Notes: generated from the letters alone by a model not told the origin. A stretch of 64,000 nucleotides of DNA from an uncultured Acidobacteriaceae bacterium (GCA_963705805.1 CAVPKW010000006.1:629518-693517); one strand, 5' to 3'. Shown: positions 45,454 to 56,370, counted from the stretch's first letter. A program made the numbers and translations.

Positions 45454-47901
45454 CTATTCATGCCGCAGCGCAAGAACAGGGTCAACCCTGCTGGCTCGGT
45501 AGGCGGGAAGCCATACGGCAAGTAACGCGATGCCGCCCAACACAATCGGCGCGAGAACGAAGATAAGGGGATCGAGAGTTTGAACACCAAACAGCAAGCT
45601 CGCTAGAGCGCGCGTTAACCCAAATGCCGCAGCCACTCCAATGGCAGCTCCGATAACCGCCAGGCGCATACCCTGAAACACCACCATATTGCGCACATCC
45701 CGCGCTTGGGCTCCCAAGGCTGCTCGTACTCCCATCTCTTGCGTGCGCTGCTGCACCGAATAGGCCAACAGTCCGTAAATGCCTATTGCGGCGAGAAGCA
45801 GCGCGGAGCCTCCGAAGACACTCATCAACAGCATGTTCAATTCCTCGCGAGAGGTGGATTGCCGTAAGACTGCCTCCATGGAACGGACGGGCGGAGCGGG
45901 CTGACCCGTTGCTCGGCGCAGTTCGTTCAGAATTGCCGAATTCAGCGAGGGCGACTGCGCACGTGTGCGAACAATCCACGCTACCTCCCGGCCCGCCATG
46001 CGCGTGTCCGGAAGTTGCGCCCCAGGCACAAACACCGCCGGTCGAGGAGGCTCGTTGAGGGCCTCGTCGTGAACGTCACCTACAACTCCGACGATTTGGC
46101 GGGCCGGCTCCGCAAAGCCCGGTCCAAGCCCCTTTCCAATGAAAAGCCGGGCATTCAGCGGATCACTCTCCGGCCATAACCGGCGAGCCATTGTTTGATT
46201 AATGATCGCCACGGGCGGTGAACCAAGCCGGTCAGCGTCGGTAAAAAGACGCCCGTGAACCAACGGAATTTCAAGCACACGGAAGTAGCTGGCCGAGACA
46301 ACCACCCAGCGGCTCGATCCATGAGACGGACCATTCAACGGCCGCCCGGCAACAATAATCGGAATGCTGTTGAAGCTGCCTTCCAGAGGCAGCAGCTGGG
46401 TGTAACCCGCATTTTCCACGCCGGGCAGAGCTCTCAATTGCCGCAGAGTGTCTTCCACGATTTGATCCACTCCCGATGTCCGGGCGGACCGCGGGTCTAA
46501 TAACGTTCGCGCCGTTATGACATTCCGCGGGTCGAACCCGGGATTCACCGAACGCAAAGCGGCCAGAGAGCGGATAAGTAAACCGGACCCGATCAACAAC
46601 AGGAGCGCGAGGCTCATTTCGCTGATCACGAGAAGGGAACGGAGCTTGCTCTCGCGAAACCCCGTGCCGGTGCGTATGCTGCTCTCCTTCAACCTGGAGT
46701 TCAGATCGGTCCGGGACGCTTGAATCGCCGGAACCAGGCCAAACAAAATCCCCGTCAGGAGAGCGGCCGCGGCGGTAAATGCCAGAACGCGCCAATCCAT
46801 AATCGCGCTCGACTCGTTCACTCCGAGGCGAGGGAGACGGGCCGCATGCAGAGTCAGAAGCGCGCGGATACTGAAGATTCCCGCGATCAAGCCGAACAAT
46901 CCGCCCGTAAGGGAAAGCAGAACGCTCTCTGTCAGTAACTGCCGGATGATTCTTGCCCGTGAAGCGCCCACAGCCAGGCGGATAGCAATCTCATGCGCCC
47001 TGCCGGCCGCTCTGACGAGCAGGAGATTTGCGACATTCGCGCAAGCGATCAGAAGAACCAGCGTGACCGCTCCCGCCAGAATCAGAAGAGGCGATCGCGA
47101 GTCTTGCGCCAAAACGTTTTTCAGCGGCGCGACACTCAGCACGTCGCGCCGGTTCGTAGAGAGCGTGTTAGGGAACTTCCGCCAAAACGCCTGCGTCGTC
47201 AGTTGAAGCTGCGCGTTCGCCATGTCAAGCGTTGCACCCGGCTTGAGCCGGGCCGCCGCCTGGAAGTAGTGTGCTTGAAACGTGCTATTCGGATCGATGG
47301 GAAAAGGAAACCAAACGTCGATCGGTTCGGGAGTCTCGGTTTGCACTCCGGTCGGCATAATGCCGATCACTTCATATCTGGTCCCGCTGAGTGAAATAGA
47401 TTTACCCAGAATCCGCGCATCGCCGCCGAAGACTCGTTTCCAAAACGCATGACTCAAGACAACCACGTGCGCGCCGTTCGGTTGTTCATCCGCTTCCGTA
47501 AAGGTCCGGCCCTGAGCAATGGAGAGTCCGAACAGACGAAAGTAATCTTGCGTAACGGAAATAGATTCGGCTCGTTGTGGCAGGTCGACGCCAGTCAAGA
47601 CCATCGAGTTAACGTAATAACCCGACAAATCCTCAAGGAGGCTGGCCTGCTGACGGCACAGATTGAATTTTATTTCCGAGGCAATGGAACCGGAACCTTC
47701 TTTGTTCGTCGACACGAGCGCCACAACCCGATCGGGTTGCGGGGCACTTATGGGTCTCAACAAGACCGCGTTGACCACGGAAAAGATGGCGGCAGTTACG
47801 CCAATTCCCAGCGCGAGCGTGGCAATGACGGTCGCGGTGAAGCCGGGCGTCTGCCGGAACATGCGGAGTGAATGTTTAAAGTCTTTGAAGAACGACTCCA
47901 T
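45454..47901 (-). CDS. ADOP-type duplicated FtsX/MacB-like ABC permease (no adjacent ATPase)
   Basis: 815 aa. N-terminal MacB_PCD-like region plus two FtsX-type 4-TM modules. N-terminal FFKDFKHSLRMFRQTPGFTATVI is typical of acidobacterial duplicated orphan permeases. Confidence 0.8.
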   Translation of the reverse strand: MESFFKDFKHSLRMFRQTPGFTATVIATLALGIGVTAAIFSVVNAVLLRPISAPQPDRVVALVSTNKEGSGSIASEIKFNLCRQQASLLEDLSGYYVNSMVLTGVDLPQRAESISVTQDYFRLFGLSIAQGRTFTEADEQPNGAHVVVLSHAFWKRVFGGDARILGKSISLSGTRYEVIGIMPTGVQTETPEPIDVWFPFPIDPNSTFQAHYFQAAARLKPGATLDMANAQLQLTTQAFWRKFPNTLSTNRRDVLSVAPLKNVLAQDSRSPLLILAGAVTLVLLIACANVANLLLVRAAGRAHEIAIRLAVGASRARIIRQLLTESVLLSLTGGLFGLIAGIFSIRALLTLHAARLPRLGVNESSAIMDWRVLAFTAAAALLTGILFGLVPAIQASRTDLNSRLKESSIRTGTGFRESKLRSLLVISEMSLALLLLIGSGLLIRSLAALRSVNPGFDPRNVITARTLLDPRSARTSGVDQIVEDTLRQLRALPGVENAGYTQLLPLEGSFNSIPIIVAGRPLNGPSHGSSRWVVVSASYFRVLEIPLVHGRLFTDADRLGSPPVAIINQTMARRLWPESDPLNARLFIGKGLGPGFAEPARQIVGVVGDVHDEALNEPPRPAVFVPGAQLPDTRMAGREVAWIVRTRAQSPSLNSAILNELRRATGQPAPPVRSMEAVLRQSTSREELNMLLMSVFGGSALLLAAIGIYGLLAYSVQQRTQEMGVRAALGAQARDVRNMVVFQGMRLAVIGAAIGVAAAFGLTRALASLLFGVQTLDPLIFVLAPIVLGGIALLAVWLPAYRASRVDPVLALRHE

Positions 47902-48035
47902 CTCCCGGCGGGCGACCTCTCTATGAAGAAAGTATAGGCTTGCCTCTGTTCTTCTTGATCAATTGTTTACATGCGATTACAGCGATTTGCCCGCTCGGTA
48001 GACTCGCAGGTAATTTTTTGAGTCCAGACAGGTAA

Positions 48036-49076
48036 TTGGCAATCGAAGCCAACGAGGCCCCCAGGAAAGGAATTACCAAAGTGAAATTCAGCACGCGAAA
48101 GTTAAATCAATTCTTGTGCCCCTCGGTCTGCGTCATTGTGCTCGCCGGTTTGTGCTACGTAGCTACCGCCGGTGGATTTCAGATAGAGAGCGGCAAGAAA
48201 GCGAAAATTAAAGGTTCGATCACGTCCCGCAACGGAGACGTCGTCAACCTGAAGGACAGCAAAGACGGTTCGGCTGTTGCTGTCGTGCTTACCGACAACA
48301 CCCAAGTCGAACGGACGCACAAGGCATTTATGTTCCGGCACACAGACATGGATTTGACCGCCATGGTGCCCGGTTTGAACATCGAAGCGGAAGGCGTAGG
48401 CAATGCTCAAGGACAGCTCGAAGCAACCAAGATTACTTTCGACCCTAACGTGTTCGGGATAGAGGTAGCCGAAGAGCAACAGATCATGGCAAATCAGGCG
48501 GCCGCAAAGAAGGCGCAATCTACTGCCAATCAAGGAGTAGCAGCGGCCAATAACGCTCAGGCATCCGCCGACGTCGCTCAAGTTTCCGCCGACGTCGCGC
48601 AAGGCTCCGCCAATCAAGCCCAGGCGACCGCCAATGCTGCCGGCACTATCGGAGTGATGGACGCCGCTGCTATCGAAAAAGTGAACAAGCGGGTATCAGA
48701 CCTCGGCGACTACAAAACAGTGGCCGTGGCTGGAATCTATTTCCCTTCGGACAACGCGGTTCTCGATGACGCTGCCAAGGCGGATCTAACGAAGCTAGCC
48801 TCTATCGCGCTGCCGCTGCAAGGCTACATGATTGAGGTTGCAGGCTACGCCTCCAGTACTGGATCTAAGCAACTGGATCAGAAGCTTAGCGCTGAACGGG
48901 CGGCGGCAGTGACGCGATATCTGCGTGATCAGCAGAACGTACCGATGCGGCGCATTCTTGCACCAGCGGGCTACGGCTCCACGCATCCGGCCGCGACGAA
49001 TTCAGATCCTCAAGGGCGCGCGCTAAACCGGCGTGTCGATGTCACAGTCCTGGTAAACAAGGGGTTGGAGGGCTAA
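48036..49076 (+). CDS. OmpA-family protein with heptad-repeat linker
   Basis: C-terminal OmpA domain (YFPSDNAVLD..., GYASSTGS...LSAERAAAV..YL, NRRVDV). Six consecutive 7-aa units at 48519-48644. The start may be the internal GTG near 48081. Confidence 0.8.
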   Translation: MAIEANEAPRKGITKVKFSTRKLNQFLCPSVCVIVLAGLCYVATAGGFQIESGKKAKIKGSITSRNGDVVNLKDSKDGSAVAVVLTDNTQVERTHKAFMFRHTDMDLTAMVPGLNIEAEGVGNAQGQLEATKITFDPNVFGIEVAEEQQIMANQAAAKKAQSTANQGVAAANNAQASADVAQVSADVAQGSANQAQATANAAGTIGVMDAAAIEKVNKRVSDLGDYKTVAVAGIYFPSDNAVLDDAAKADLTKLASIALPLQGYMIEVAGYASSTGSKQLDQKLSAERAAAVTRYLRDQQNVPMRRILAPAGYGSTHPAATNSDPQGRALNRRVDVTVLVNKGLEG

Positions 49077-49096
49077 CCCCTTGGCGGTTGATCATG

Positions 49097-49147
49097 GCCC
49101 CTCATCGCGCGGCCCAAAAACCGTCCGATGAGGGGCGATTTTTATTT
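49097..49147 (+). terminator. rho-independent terminator downstream of the OmpA-family gene
   Basis: 11-bp stem GCCCCTCATCG / CGATGAGGGGC (49097-49107 and 49126-49136) followed by GATTTTTATTT. Confidence 0.75.
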
Positions 49148-51856
49148 CTGGACAAGGCGGACGGCGCCTAAAATCCCGGACGGAAGCGGTTTCACGTCCT
49201 GCATGTCCTGCGGGACAAACCTCTCGCCGTACCGCAGATTCAGCAAACGGTAATCCGGCAACGGGTGGCCGGCCATTTCATTAATCGCCAGATTGCCCAC
49301 CGTGATCAGCAATTCGTTCCTGCCCGCGCGTAGGTATTGCGTCACATCCAGTTCATAGGGCGGATGCCACACCGTTCCGGCGCGCTGCCCGTTGACGGAG
49401 ACGACTGCCGACTCACGCACCGGACTCTCCAGAAGAGCACGCATTCCAGTCGTCTCAGCGGGACCCGGTTCCACAGCTGCGCCGGGTCCGAAATCAAGAA
49501 CGATCTTGGCCCCCGGCGCAAGAAATGAGGCTGTGACATCGACGTCTTTCTGATAGGCGGCGACGCCGGAATAGAAGCGCGTCTCTTCATTCTCTGTCCA
49601 GGAGCGCAAGTGGTCCATAGAGACCGTTCGGCCTAGTGGGGAAAACGTTACTTTCCAGCCGGAACTCAGGTCGATCGGGGCTGCAATCGGCGTTTGACTT
49701 TCGGGCCTCGGCATCGATTGAGCGCTCTTACAGAAAAGAATGATGCGCGATTCATAAGGCGCGAGATGAAGTCCGATCGTGGTTCTTGCGCCGTTAGATT
49801 GAAAAGGCGCAGCCGCGGTTTGGCCGCTGAAAGCATCCCACCATTCGGGCTGCAATCCAGCGGTGCGAATAGAGGCGTCCGTATCCAGCGCGTGGTTTGA
49901 CAAGTTGGCCACAAAGTAGATTTCGCCGTAGGGCAATCTGCGGTGGTTAAAGCCGATCGCGGGCGCAGCGTCTCCGGTGGAGAAATCGGGCGGAAGCAGC
50001 TCCTCTAAAATGCTCGAAACACCCTGATCATTGGCGACAAAGCGCGCGTTATGCGAGCCGGTCTCGAAGAGCTCATGAGAGAGCTCACTGATGCGCGCCG
50101 TATCTGTCTTCTCTTCGAGCAAACCAGGCGCAAGAAAAGGCAGCGAACGCGTGGCGATCAGCGCTCCGCCTTTCTGAACGTAGCCCCGCAAAGCCTGCAT
50201 GGTTGCCAGCGGAATCCGTTCAATGCCGGGCAGAATGAGAACTTTGTATGGAATGCCTACCGTCGCAATCGCGCGGTCATCAATGAAATCGAAGTTGTAA
50301 CCGGCATTCAATATTGCGGGGATCAGCACCGGGCCGATAAGTGCATCTGCCGTTTCATCGAGCGCCACATGACCAGGTTGCAGCCGTGCCCAGGCATCGT
50401 CGGTGGGAACGTAAACGGCTACATCGTCCACCGGTTGCCCTTGCCGCATCATAAAACCAACGCGTTGCAGATAATGCGCTATTTCCGGCATGACTTGAAA
50501 CCAGGGATTGTGATCGTTCAAAGCGCCCGCCGCATAAAATCGCCAGCCCGGCTCACCCGCGGAAGGCGGCGAATAGGGCCACCCGTGCCCGACTAACTGG
50601 TTAATTCCTTCGACGAAGTGACGGTCCGCCTCCGCCTTCATATCAAGCGGCGTGGCACGGAAGGCAGGCGAATGCAGCCAGGTCCATGTTTCCGTCGATG
50701 TGATGGGCTTGCCATACAAATGGGAAGCGGAGGACGCCCAGCGGGCCGCGCTAAAACGCCGCCAAAGAGGTCCATGCTCGCCTTCGGGCAGATCCACCAG
50801 AGCGTTGCTGGAGAGAATCACCGGCGGCTCGCCATAATTCTGCGAACGGAAAAGAGTGTGATGCGTGTGCGCCCATTCGGCAATCGGCTTCAGATAATTC
50901 TCTTCCGCCAGTTCGGTCAGAGTCTTGGCCCAGTCATGCCGGATCGTCTGTGTTTGATGGCCTAAATCGCTTACCAGGGCGGGGAGATACGGCGTCAAGT
51001 CGTAGCCGCGCCGCTTTTGAAACTCTTCGAGAAAATTGCTGGTCCAGTCTGACCCGTAGACTTCCAGGCTGTCACTGAAGACCGCGTACGGAGGATGGGC
51101 GCCGAAAGCGTTGAGAAGAGGCTCGCCCACCACCTGCAAGTGTTCTTCCACGGCGGCTTTGTCATAGTGATCAAGAACAAAGCCTTCGGCTCCTACAGCG
51201 GCCCGCTTCACTTGCTGCCCGGTGCGGCTCGAGACGAAGAACAGCAGGACGTCGTTCCCGCTCAGGCCTGGAGGAATCGCAATTCGGCCGCGTTGCACGT
51301 CGGACACCTTCTGCCCGCCGATGAACGCCCCGATCAGCGTTTCGCCATTTTCCATGCCAGGAATCAGCACGGAGCGCGCGCCTTCCGGAACGCTGGCACG
51401 CTCAAATCGCAGCTCGCCGGCAGCCTGCGTCACCGGTGTATCCGGGCCGCCGTAAGGCCAACCGCTGCCCAGCGTTATATCGACCCGCATGCCCAGATCG
51501 CGCGCCGTCCCGGATGCGAAGCCGATCGCTTTCAAAAAATCTTCCGAAAGATACGGCAAGTTCTTGAAGCCGCTTTGCGGATCGTCGAGCTCCAATGGAT
51601 AAACGGGCTGAATCTCAACGCCGCCGATACCAGCAGCCTTCATAACACGAAGCTCGCGCTCTAGCTCACTCTGGCTGACGGCCCCGCCGAACCACCACCA
51701 GCGCATCATGATCCGCGCGTCATCGGGAGGCTTGAGGAAAGCCTGCCGTAGGTGGTTAATCCCCTCCGGAGTTTGCGCGGCGCCAATCCTCAGCAAACCC
51801 AACAAACTGCAAACAAGACTCCAGCGCTTCAGCGTGCGTGCCAAAGCGGCGACCAT
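49142..51856 (-). CDS. glycoside hydrolase (GH106-like / rhamnosidase-type family, tentative), secreted
   Basis: MMRWWWFGG...GIGGVEIQPVYPL N-terminal block is typical of this glycosidase family. Signal-like MVAALARTLKRWSLVCSLLGLL at ATG 51856 (the ORF opens at 51991). Confidence 0.55.
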   Translation of the reverse strand: MVAALARTLKRWSLVCSLLGLLRIGAAQTPEGINHLRQAFLKPPDDARIMMRWWWFGGAVSQSELERELRVMKAAGIGGVEIQPVYPLELDDPQSGFKNLPYLSEDFLKAIGFASGTARDLGMRVDITLGSGWPYGGPDTPVTQAAGELRFERASVPEGARSVLIPGMENGETLIGAFIGGQKVSDVQRGRIAIPPGLSGNDVLLFFVSSRTGQQVKRAAVGAEGFVLDHYDKAAVEEHLQVVGEPLLNAFGAHPPYAVFSDSLEVYGSDWTSNFLEEFQKRRGYDLTPYLPALVSDLGHQTQTIRHDWAKTLTELAEENYLKPIAEWAHTHHTLFRSQNYGEPPVILSSNALVDLPEGEHGPLWRRFSAARWASSASHLYGKPITSTETWTWLHSPAFRATPLDMKAEADRHFVEGINQLVGHGWPYSPPSAGEPGWRFYAAGALNDHNPWFQVMPEIAHYLQRVGFMMRQGQPVDDVAVYVPTDDAWARLQPGHVALDETADALIGPVLIPAILNAGYNFDFIDDRAIATVGIPYKVLILPGIERIPLATMQALRGYVQKGGALIATRSLPFLAPGLLEEKTDTARISELSHELFETGSHNARFVANDQGVSSILEELLPPDFSTGDAAPAIGFNHRRLPYGEIYFVANLSNHALDTDASIRTAGLQPEWWDAFSGQTAAAPFQSNGARTTIGLHLAPYESRIILFCKSAQSMPRPESQTPIAAPIDLSSGWKVTFSPLGRTVSMDHLRSWTENEETRFYSGVAAYQKDVDVTASFLAPGAKIVLDFGPGAAVEPGPAETTGMRALLESPVRESAVVSVNGQRAGTVWHPPYELDVTQYLRAGRNELLITVGNLAINEMAGHPLPDYRLLNLRYGERFVPQDMQDVKPLPSGILGAVRLVQK

Positions 51857-54234
51857 AGAAGGCTCAGCAAGGAGCAAAAGTAGAGAATGCCGCCGATCAC
51901 CAGAGTCATCTGCAAACCCAGATAGATGGCCAGGAACATGGCGGCTGCTGACCCCATGACGCTGGACGCGGCGTTGACCGCCCATGCCCAACGGATGGAC
52001 GTTGGGATGATTCGCTCCAGTAGCGTGAGACCCGTCGGAAACGGCATTCCCATCGCGAACCCAACTGGAGCGATCAACAGCACAGAGATGAGGACCTTCA
52101 ACGCGAAAGGAAGCGCAACGCCGCTTTCAGTGATCGGAGTGACTACGAAAGACAGCAGCACGATTGCGGAGCCGATAAGCAGCAGCACGCTTCTCAACTT
52201 TCGGCTTTCTCCTCGCACCAGTCGCTTGCTGAAGAAGCTGCCCACGCCGCTCGAAAGCAGCATCGAGAACACGATGACGGTGAGGGCATAGGTGGGATGC
52301 CCCAGGAACAGCACGAACTTTTGGATCAGCGCGACCTGAATGAGAATATAGCCGGCTCCGATAAAGAGGAAGAAGAATAGAGACTTCACCGTTCCGCGGC
52401 CGCGTGGCAAAAGGTGCCCGAGCAGCAGCGGCGGAAGCGAAAGCATGATCATCGTGGCCACGATGCTGATAGCAACCAGCGCGAAAAGCACGGGAAGCGC
52501 GGAGTTGATCTTGTAGTCCTCCGTCGCATGCGAGGCGTGCATCACGAATTGCCACAGGTCGCGCGCCTGCACAGTGTAGAAAAAGAATGGCCGGTTATCC
52601 GTTACGGGCCGCACGTCAAACGGATAGCTCTCATAGAAAGCTTTCAGGTCACGCGCCAGCAGCAGATCGCGGAAAGGACTGGCGAAATCCGTTCCCGGTA
52701 CATAGATCAGCTGCATCCTGGCGATGCCGGCCGCGCTTTGAATAAGTGCGATGTCCCCCGGACTGAACGGATTACGCGAGACAAGAATGGTGTCTTGCGC
52801 GCCAAATTGGCGCAATTGGGAGCGATATTGCCGCACCACGGCTATATTTGCCGCCGGGTTCTCCTGTCCAAGTTGTTTCAACGCCGCGTATGCGAGCGAC
52901 ACGACCCGCAGGGACTCGCGGGGCGGCGCAAAGCCCCAGCGCGTGAACGCCATCACTCCCTCGCTTGTCAGGTGTGACAGGTAGTCAACGAAGGCGTTCG
53001 TGGTGTAGAGATTATTCTCCGATAGCGCAAACGCGCCGGCGGCTGTAGAAGCCCAGGTATCTACCAGGGTTGCCTGAATCACCTGGTAACGATCATGCGA
53101 TCGCCTTACGAACGAACGTCCATCCTCCACAACGATCTTTACATCGGGCCGGAAATAAAGGTTGTTGCTGTACTGCGGGAACTTCTCCCGCATGATCACG
53201 GTGGCAATGATCGGATTGATCTCGACCCCAGTGATATTGTGGCTGCCCGATGCGAGCGCGCGCGAAACATCCCAGCCGCCCCCAGGACCGATGATCAACG
53301 TCTTGGCGCCTGGTCGCAGCAGATACGGGAAACCAGGGCCCTCGTAGGCGAGATCGAAGTGTTCTTGCTGCGAAAGATGCGCGAAATCAAATCTCGCCAC
53401 GCCGGTTGCGGCATCGGCATCGATCACGATACTCTTCATCCCGCTCCCAGGCTCAGGCTTGAGCGCGATGCGTGAAAAGCTGTTCCAGCGAACGAATTCC
53501 TCATCCTTGAGGCGCTGGCCCTTGGCGAATTTGACGTCCATCACCGGACGTTTGCCATTGTAGGTAATCAGCCCGACCAGCAGCAGGCCCAGCAGCACCG
53601 CGATCACTCGCCCCCGCGGCGATCTGGCGAGATGAAACCAGATCGCGGCGGAAACCGCAAACAGCACGGCCGATACCAGGATAGTGTTAGGCGCTCCTAA
53701 GCGATTGAGCAAAGGAACCAGCACCGCGCATCCACCCGCGGCCCCAATCAGGTCAAAGAAATAAACGCGGTTGACGTGGTCAATTGTGTCGGCGATGACC
53801 AGCGAAACAATGGTCCCGGCCAAGAGGAAAGGAATAGCTGCCACAAAGTAAGCGGCCATCAATTCCGGCGTGCTCATGTCCCCGGTGCGGTTCAGCAAAA
53901 ACGAGAGGCACAGCACAATAGCGACAGCGTTGCCGGCCGCCAGGGCGCCCACCTTCTGAAAGAGCCGTCCCGGCCAACCGGCGACCACGTATGAAAAAAC
54001 GCCGCCCGCCCCTAATCCGAACAGCGCGATAGAGATGGCGAGGAAGGCGAAGTGATAGAAGTAAATCACTGAAAAAAGCCGCGTCAGCGTCAACTCCAGC
54101 AGCAGGGTGGCAATGGAAGTGGCCGCGATGCCGAAGTAAATTTGCGGCCAATGCCTTTGCCTTACGCCCGTGGCGGTTTCTTCCAGCACTGAGTCAAGAG
54201 GTGACAACCTCTTATGGTAGTGAACCGTGGCCAT
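51829..54234 (-). CDS. polytopic membrane protein fused to a spermidine-synthase-like methyltransferase-fold domain
   Basis: 801 aa. Multiple TM helices at both ends and a central LIIGPGGGWDVSRAL (GxGxG) spermidine-synthase-like domain. Confidence 0.7.
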   Translation of the reverse strand: MATVHYHKRLSPLDSVLEETATGVRQRHWPQIYFGIAATSIATLLLELTLTRLFSVIYFYHFAFLAISIALFGLGAGGVFSYVVAGWPGRLFQKVGALAAGNAVAIVLCLSFLLNRTGDMSTPELMAAYFVAAIPFLLAGTIVSLVIADTIDHVNRVYFFDLIGAAGGCAVLVPLLNRLGAPNTILVSAVLFAVSAAIWFHLARSPRGRVIAVLLGLLLVGLITYNGKRPVMDVKFAKGQRLKDEEFVRWNSFSRIALKPEPGSGMKSIVIDADAATGVARFDFAHLSQQEHFDLAYEGPGFPYLLRPGAKTLIIGPGGGWDVSRALASGSHNITGVEINPIIATVIMREKFPQYSNNLYFRPDVKIVVEDGRSFVRRSHDRYQVIQATLVDTWASTAAGAFALSENNLYTTNAFVDYLSHLTSEGVMAFTRWGFAPPRESLRVVSLAYAALKQLGQENPAANIAVVRQYRSQLRQFGAQDTILVSRNPFSPGDIALIQSAAGIARMQLIYVPGTDFASPFRDLLLARDLKAFYESYPFDVRPVTDNRPFFFYTVQARDLWQFVMHASHATEDYKINSALPVLFALVAISIVATMIMLSLPPLLLGHLLPRGRGTVKSLFFFLFIGAGYILIQVALIQKFVLFLGHPTYALTVIVFSMLLSSGVGSFFSKRLVRGESRKLRSVLLLIGSAIVLLSFVVTPITESGVALPFALKVLISVLLIAPVGFAMGMPFPTGLTLLERIIPTSIRWAWAVNAASSVMGSAAAMFLAIYLGLQMTLVIGGILYFCSLLSLLWSPLWHAR

Positions 54235-54254
54235 GGAGAACTTGAAAATTGCAC

Positions 54255-55361
54255 TCAGACGCCAAGAAACGCGCGGATCCGGCCGGCAATTTTCGAGCTC
54301 GCCCGGCCATCGCCGTATGGATTTCTAATACCCGCCATTCTTCCGTACTCCGCGTCATCATCGAGTAATCGGGCTGCTTCCCGAACGATTCTCACCGCGC
54401 TGGTTCCCACCAGCTTGACAATGCCGGCCTCCACTCCCTCCGGTCGCTCGGTCGTCTCGCGAAGAACGAGAATCGGCTTGCCTAGTGACGGCGCCTCCTC
54501 CTGTACTCCTCCCGAATCCGTGATCACCAAATAGGCCTTCTGGAGAAGATCGACGAAGGAGACGTAGTCGAGCGGCTCAACCAAGCTGACGGCTGCGGGG
54601 TCGAACCCGGTTGCGCGAACTATTTCACGAACCTGCGGATTGGGGTGAACCGGCCAGACGATTTGCACATCCTCCCGCCGGGAGAGCTGTGCGATAGCCC
54701 GGCAGATCTCCACCAGGGCCGGCCCGAAACTTTCGCGGCGGTGCGCGGTGACCACAACCAGCTTCTTACCCTCCGCAACCATCGGCGCGTCGGATTTCAG
54801 GGTTCCATTGTTCAGGGCGCTCCGCACTTGCAGCAGCGCGTCTACGCCCGTATTGCCGGTGGTCTCAATCCTTTCCGGCGCTATACCTTCTGCCCGGAGA
54901 TTCTCGGCGGCCCCGTCGGTAGGCGCAAAATGCAGACTGGCCAGACGCGAGGTCAATACGCGATTCATCTCTTCCGGAAAGGGCGAATCCGGACTATGAG
55001 TACGCAGCCCGGCTTCGACATGCGCGACCGGCACGCCGGCATAGAAAGACGCCAGGCTCGCGCAGAACGTGGTGGTGGTATCGCCCTGGACAACTACCAT
55101 CGATGGTTTGACTTGCGCCAAAACGGGCGCTAGGGCGGGTAGCAGGCGCGAACTCAGGTCGGCGAGTCCCTGGCCCGGCCGCATCACATTGAGGTCGAAC
55201 TCAGCTCGAACGTCGAACGCATCGAGCGCCTGGTCGAGCATTTCCCGATGCTGCGCGGTGACGCAAACCACCGGCTCCAGACCGGACGAAGCGGGAGCGG
55301 CGCCCAGCGCGCGTATCACCGGTACAAGCTTAATGGCTTCAGGCCTTGTGCCAAAAACCAC
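54255..55361 (-). CDS. wecB: UDP-N-acetylglucosamine 2-epimerase (non-hydrolysing)
   Basis: VFGTRPEAIKLVPV, HVEAGLRT and ITDSGGVQEEAPSLGKPILVLRETTERPE blocks. The ORF opens at 55451 but would then overlap infA, so the GTG at 55361 is proposed. The start is uncertain. Confidence 0.8.
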   Translation of the reverse strand: MVFGTRPEAIKLVPVIRALGAAPASSGLEPVVCVTAQHREMLDQALDAFDVRAEFDLNVMRPGQGLADLSSRLLPALAPVLAQVKPSMVVVQGDTTTTFCASLASFYAGVPVAHVEAGLRTHSPDSPFPEEMNRVLTSRLASLHFAPTDGAAENLRAEGIAPERIETTGNTGVDALLQVRSALNNGTLKSDAPMVAEGKKLVVVTAHRRESFGPALVEICRAIAQLSRREDVQIVWPVHPNPQVREIVRATGFDPAAVSLVEPLDYVSFVDLLQKAYLVITDSGGVQEEAPSLGKPILVLRETTERPEGVEAGIVKLVGTSAVRIVREAARLLDDDAEYGRMAGIRNPYGDGRASSKIAGRIRAFLGV

Positions 55362-55395
55362 TAGAACGCGATGTTTAGGAGGCGGGGGAGGGTTT

Positions 55396-55614
55396 TTACT
55401 TGTGACGGTAGGTGATTCGCCCCTTAGTGAGATCATAGGGTGACATCTCAAGGGTTACGCGATCACCGGCCAGCACGCGGATTCGGTTGCGCCGGAGTTT
55501 ACCGGCCAGATGTGCAAGAACCGTTCTTTCTTGATCTAATTGCACGCTGAACAGTCCGCTGGGGAATTTCTCTACGACGGTTCCAGTTACTTCTATGCTG
55601 TCTTCTTTACTCAT
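55396..55614 (-). CDS. infA: translation initiation factor IF-1
   Basis: [72 protein letters not shown]: 72 aa, canonical IF-1. Confidence 0.95.
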   Translation of the reverse strand: MSKEDSIEVTGTVVEKFPSGLFSVQLDQERTVLAHLAGKLRRNRIRVLAGDRVTLEMSPYDLTKGRITYRHK

Positions 55615-55777
55615 TCGCCTCTTGCGGTTGAAATTAGGGCCTAAAACGGGATAAATAGGCCAACTACCGCAATTGTAGCGCATGAATTGTAGTGCATCGT
55701 CCGCGGTCGCCGGGTTTTCGCAGTTCGTCCTGAGCTTCGGTCCTCCTTCGAATAGTCTTGCGGCGCGGCGCTTATTC

Positions 55778-56365
55778 TCAGCGTGAAGAGGAAGCGAAAT
55801 GCGGGCTATTTATTTGCCCGACAGCGGTAACGTCAATCTCAACCTTGTCGTTCACCTTCAGGAGAAAGTTGCTCGGGTTTTTCATGCCCCATTGCACATA
55901 AGGAACAATGAACTTCCCGGTGGCCGTGACCTCGCCTTCAGACACTTGAATCTGTATCGGTACTGTGATCTCGTGCGACTGGCCATGAATGAAAAAAGAT
56001 CCGGTGACCTGGATGCTTGAGGCGCTCGATAGCGCGAGCGATCCGGCGAACTTTGCCGGCGCGAAACGAATCTCGGGATAGCGCCGTGCCTCCAGGATGT
56101 CTCTTGTCATGCGCTTGTCACGAGCTGCGCTGCCGCTGCTTCCGCTCGCCGCATCCACGATTAGATCGCCTGTGATTACGCCTGTGGCGGGGTCAAACGA
56201 AACGTGCCCTCGCTTTAAGTCAAACTTTCCGTGAACCGTATGGAGAACATCGGTCAAGACGAAAGCGATTTGTGTCTTTGCCGGATCCAGATCGACGCTA
56301 ACTTCTTCGGCCCGCAACGCGGGCGCGATCACAAGCGCCAGGCATATCGCTTGAAAACGGCCCAT
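55778..56365 (-). CDS. YceI-family periplasmic protein
   Basis: Signal peptide [21 protein letters not shown]. YceI-like blocks ([10 protein letters not shown]..., HGKFD..., LTIHG-type pattern [12 protein letters not shown]). Confidence 0.75.
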   Translation of the reverse strand: MGRFQAICLALVIAPALRAEEVSVDLDPAKTQIAFVLTDVLHTVHGKFDLKRGHVSFDPATGVITGDLIVDAASGSSGSAARDKRMTRDILEARRYPEIRFAPAKFAGSLALSSASSIQVTGSFFIHGQSHEITVPIQIQVSEGEVTATGKFIVPYVQWGMKNPSNFLLKVNDKVEIDVTAVGQINSPHFASSSR

Positions 56366-56370
56366 GTTGC

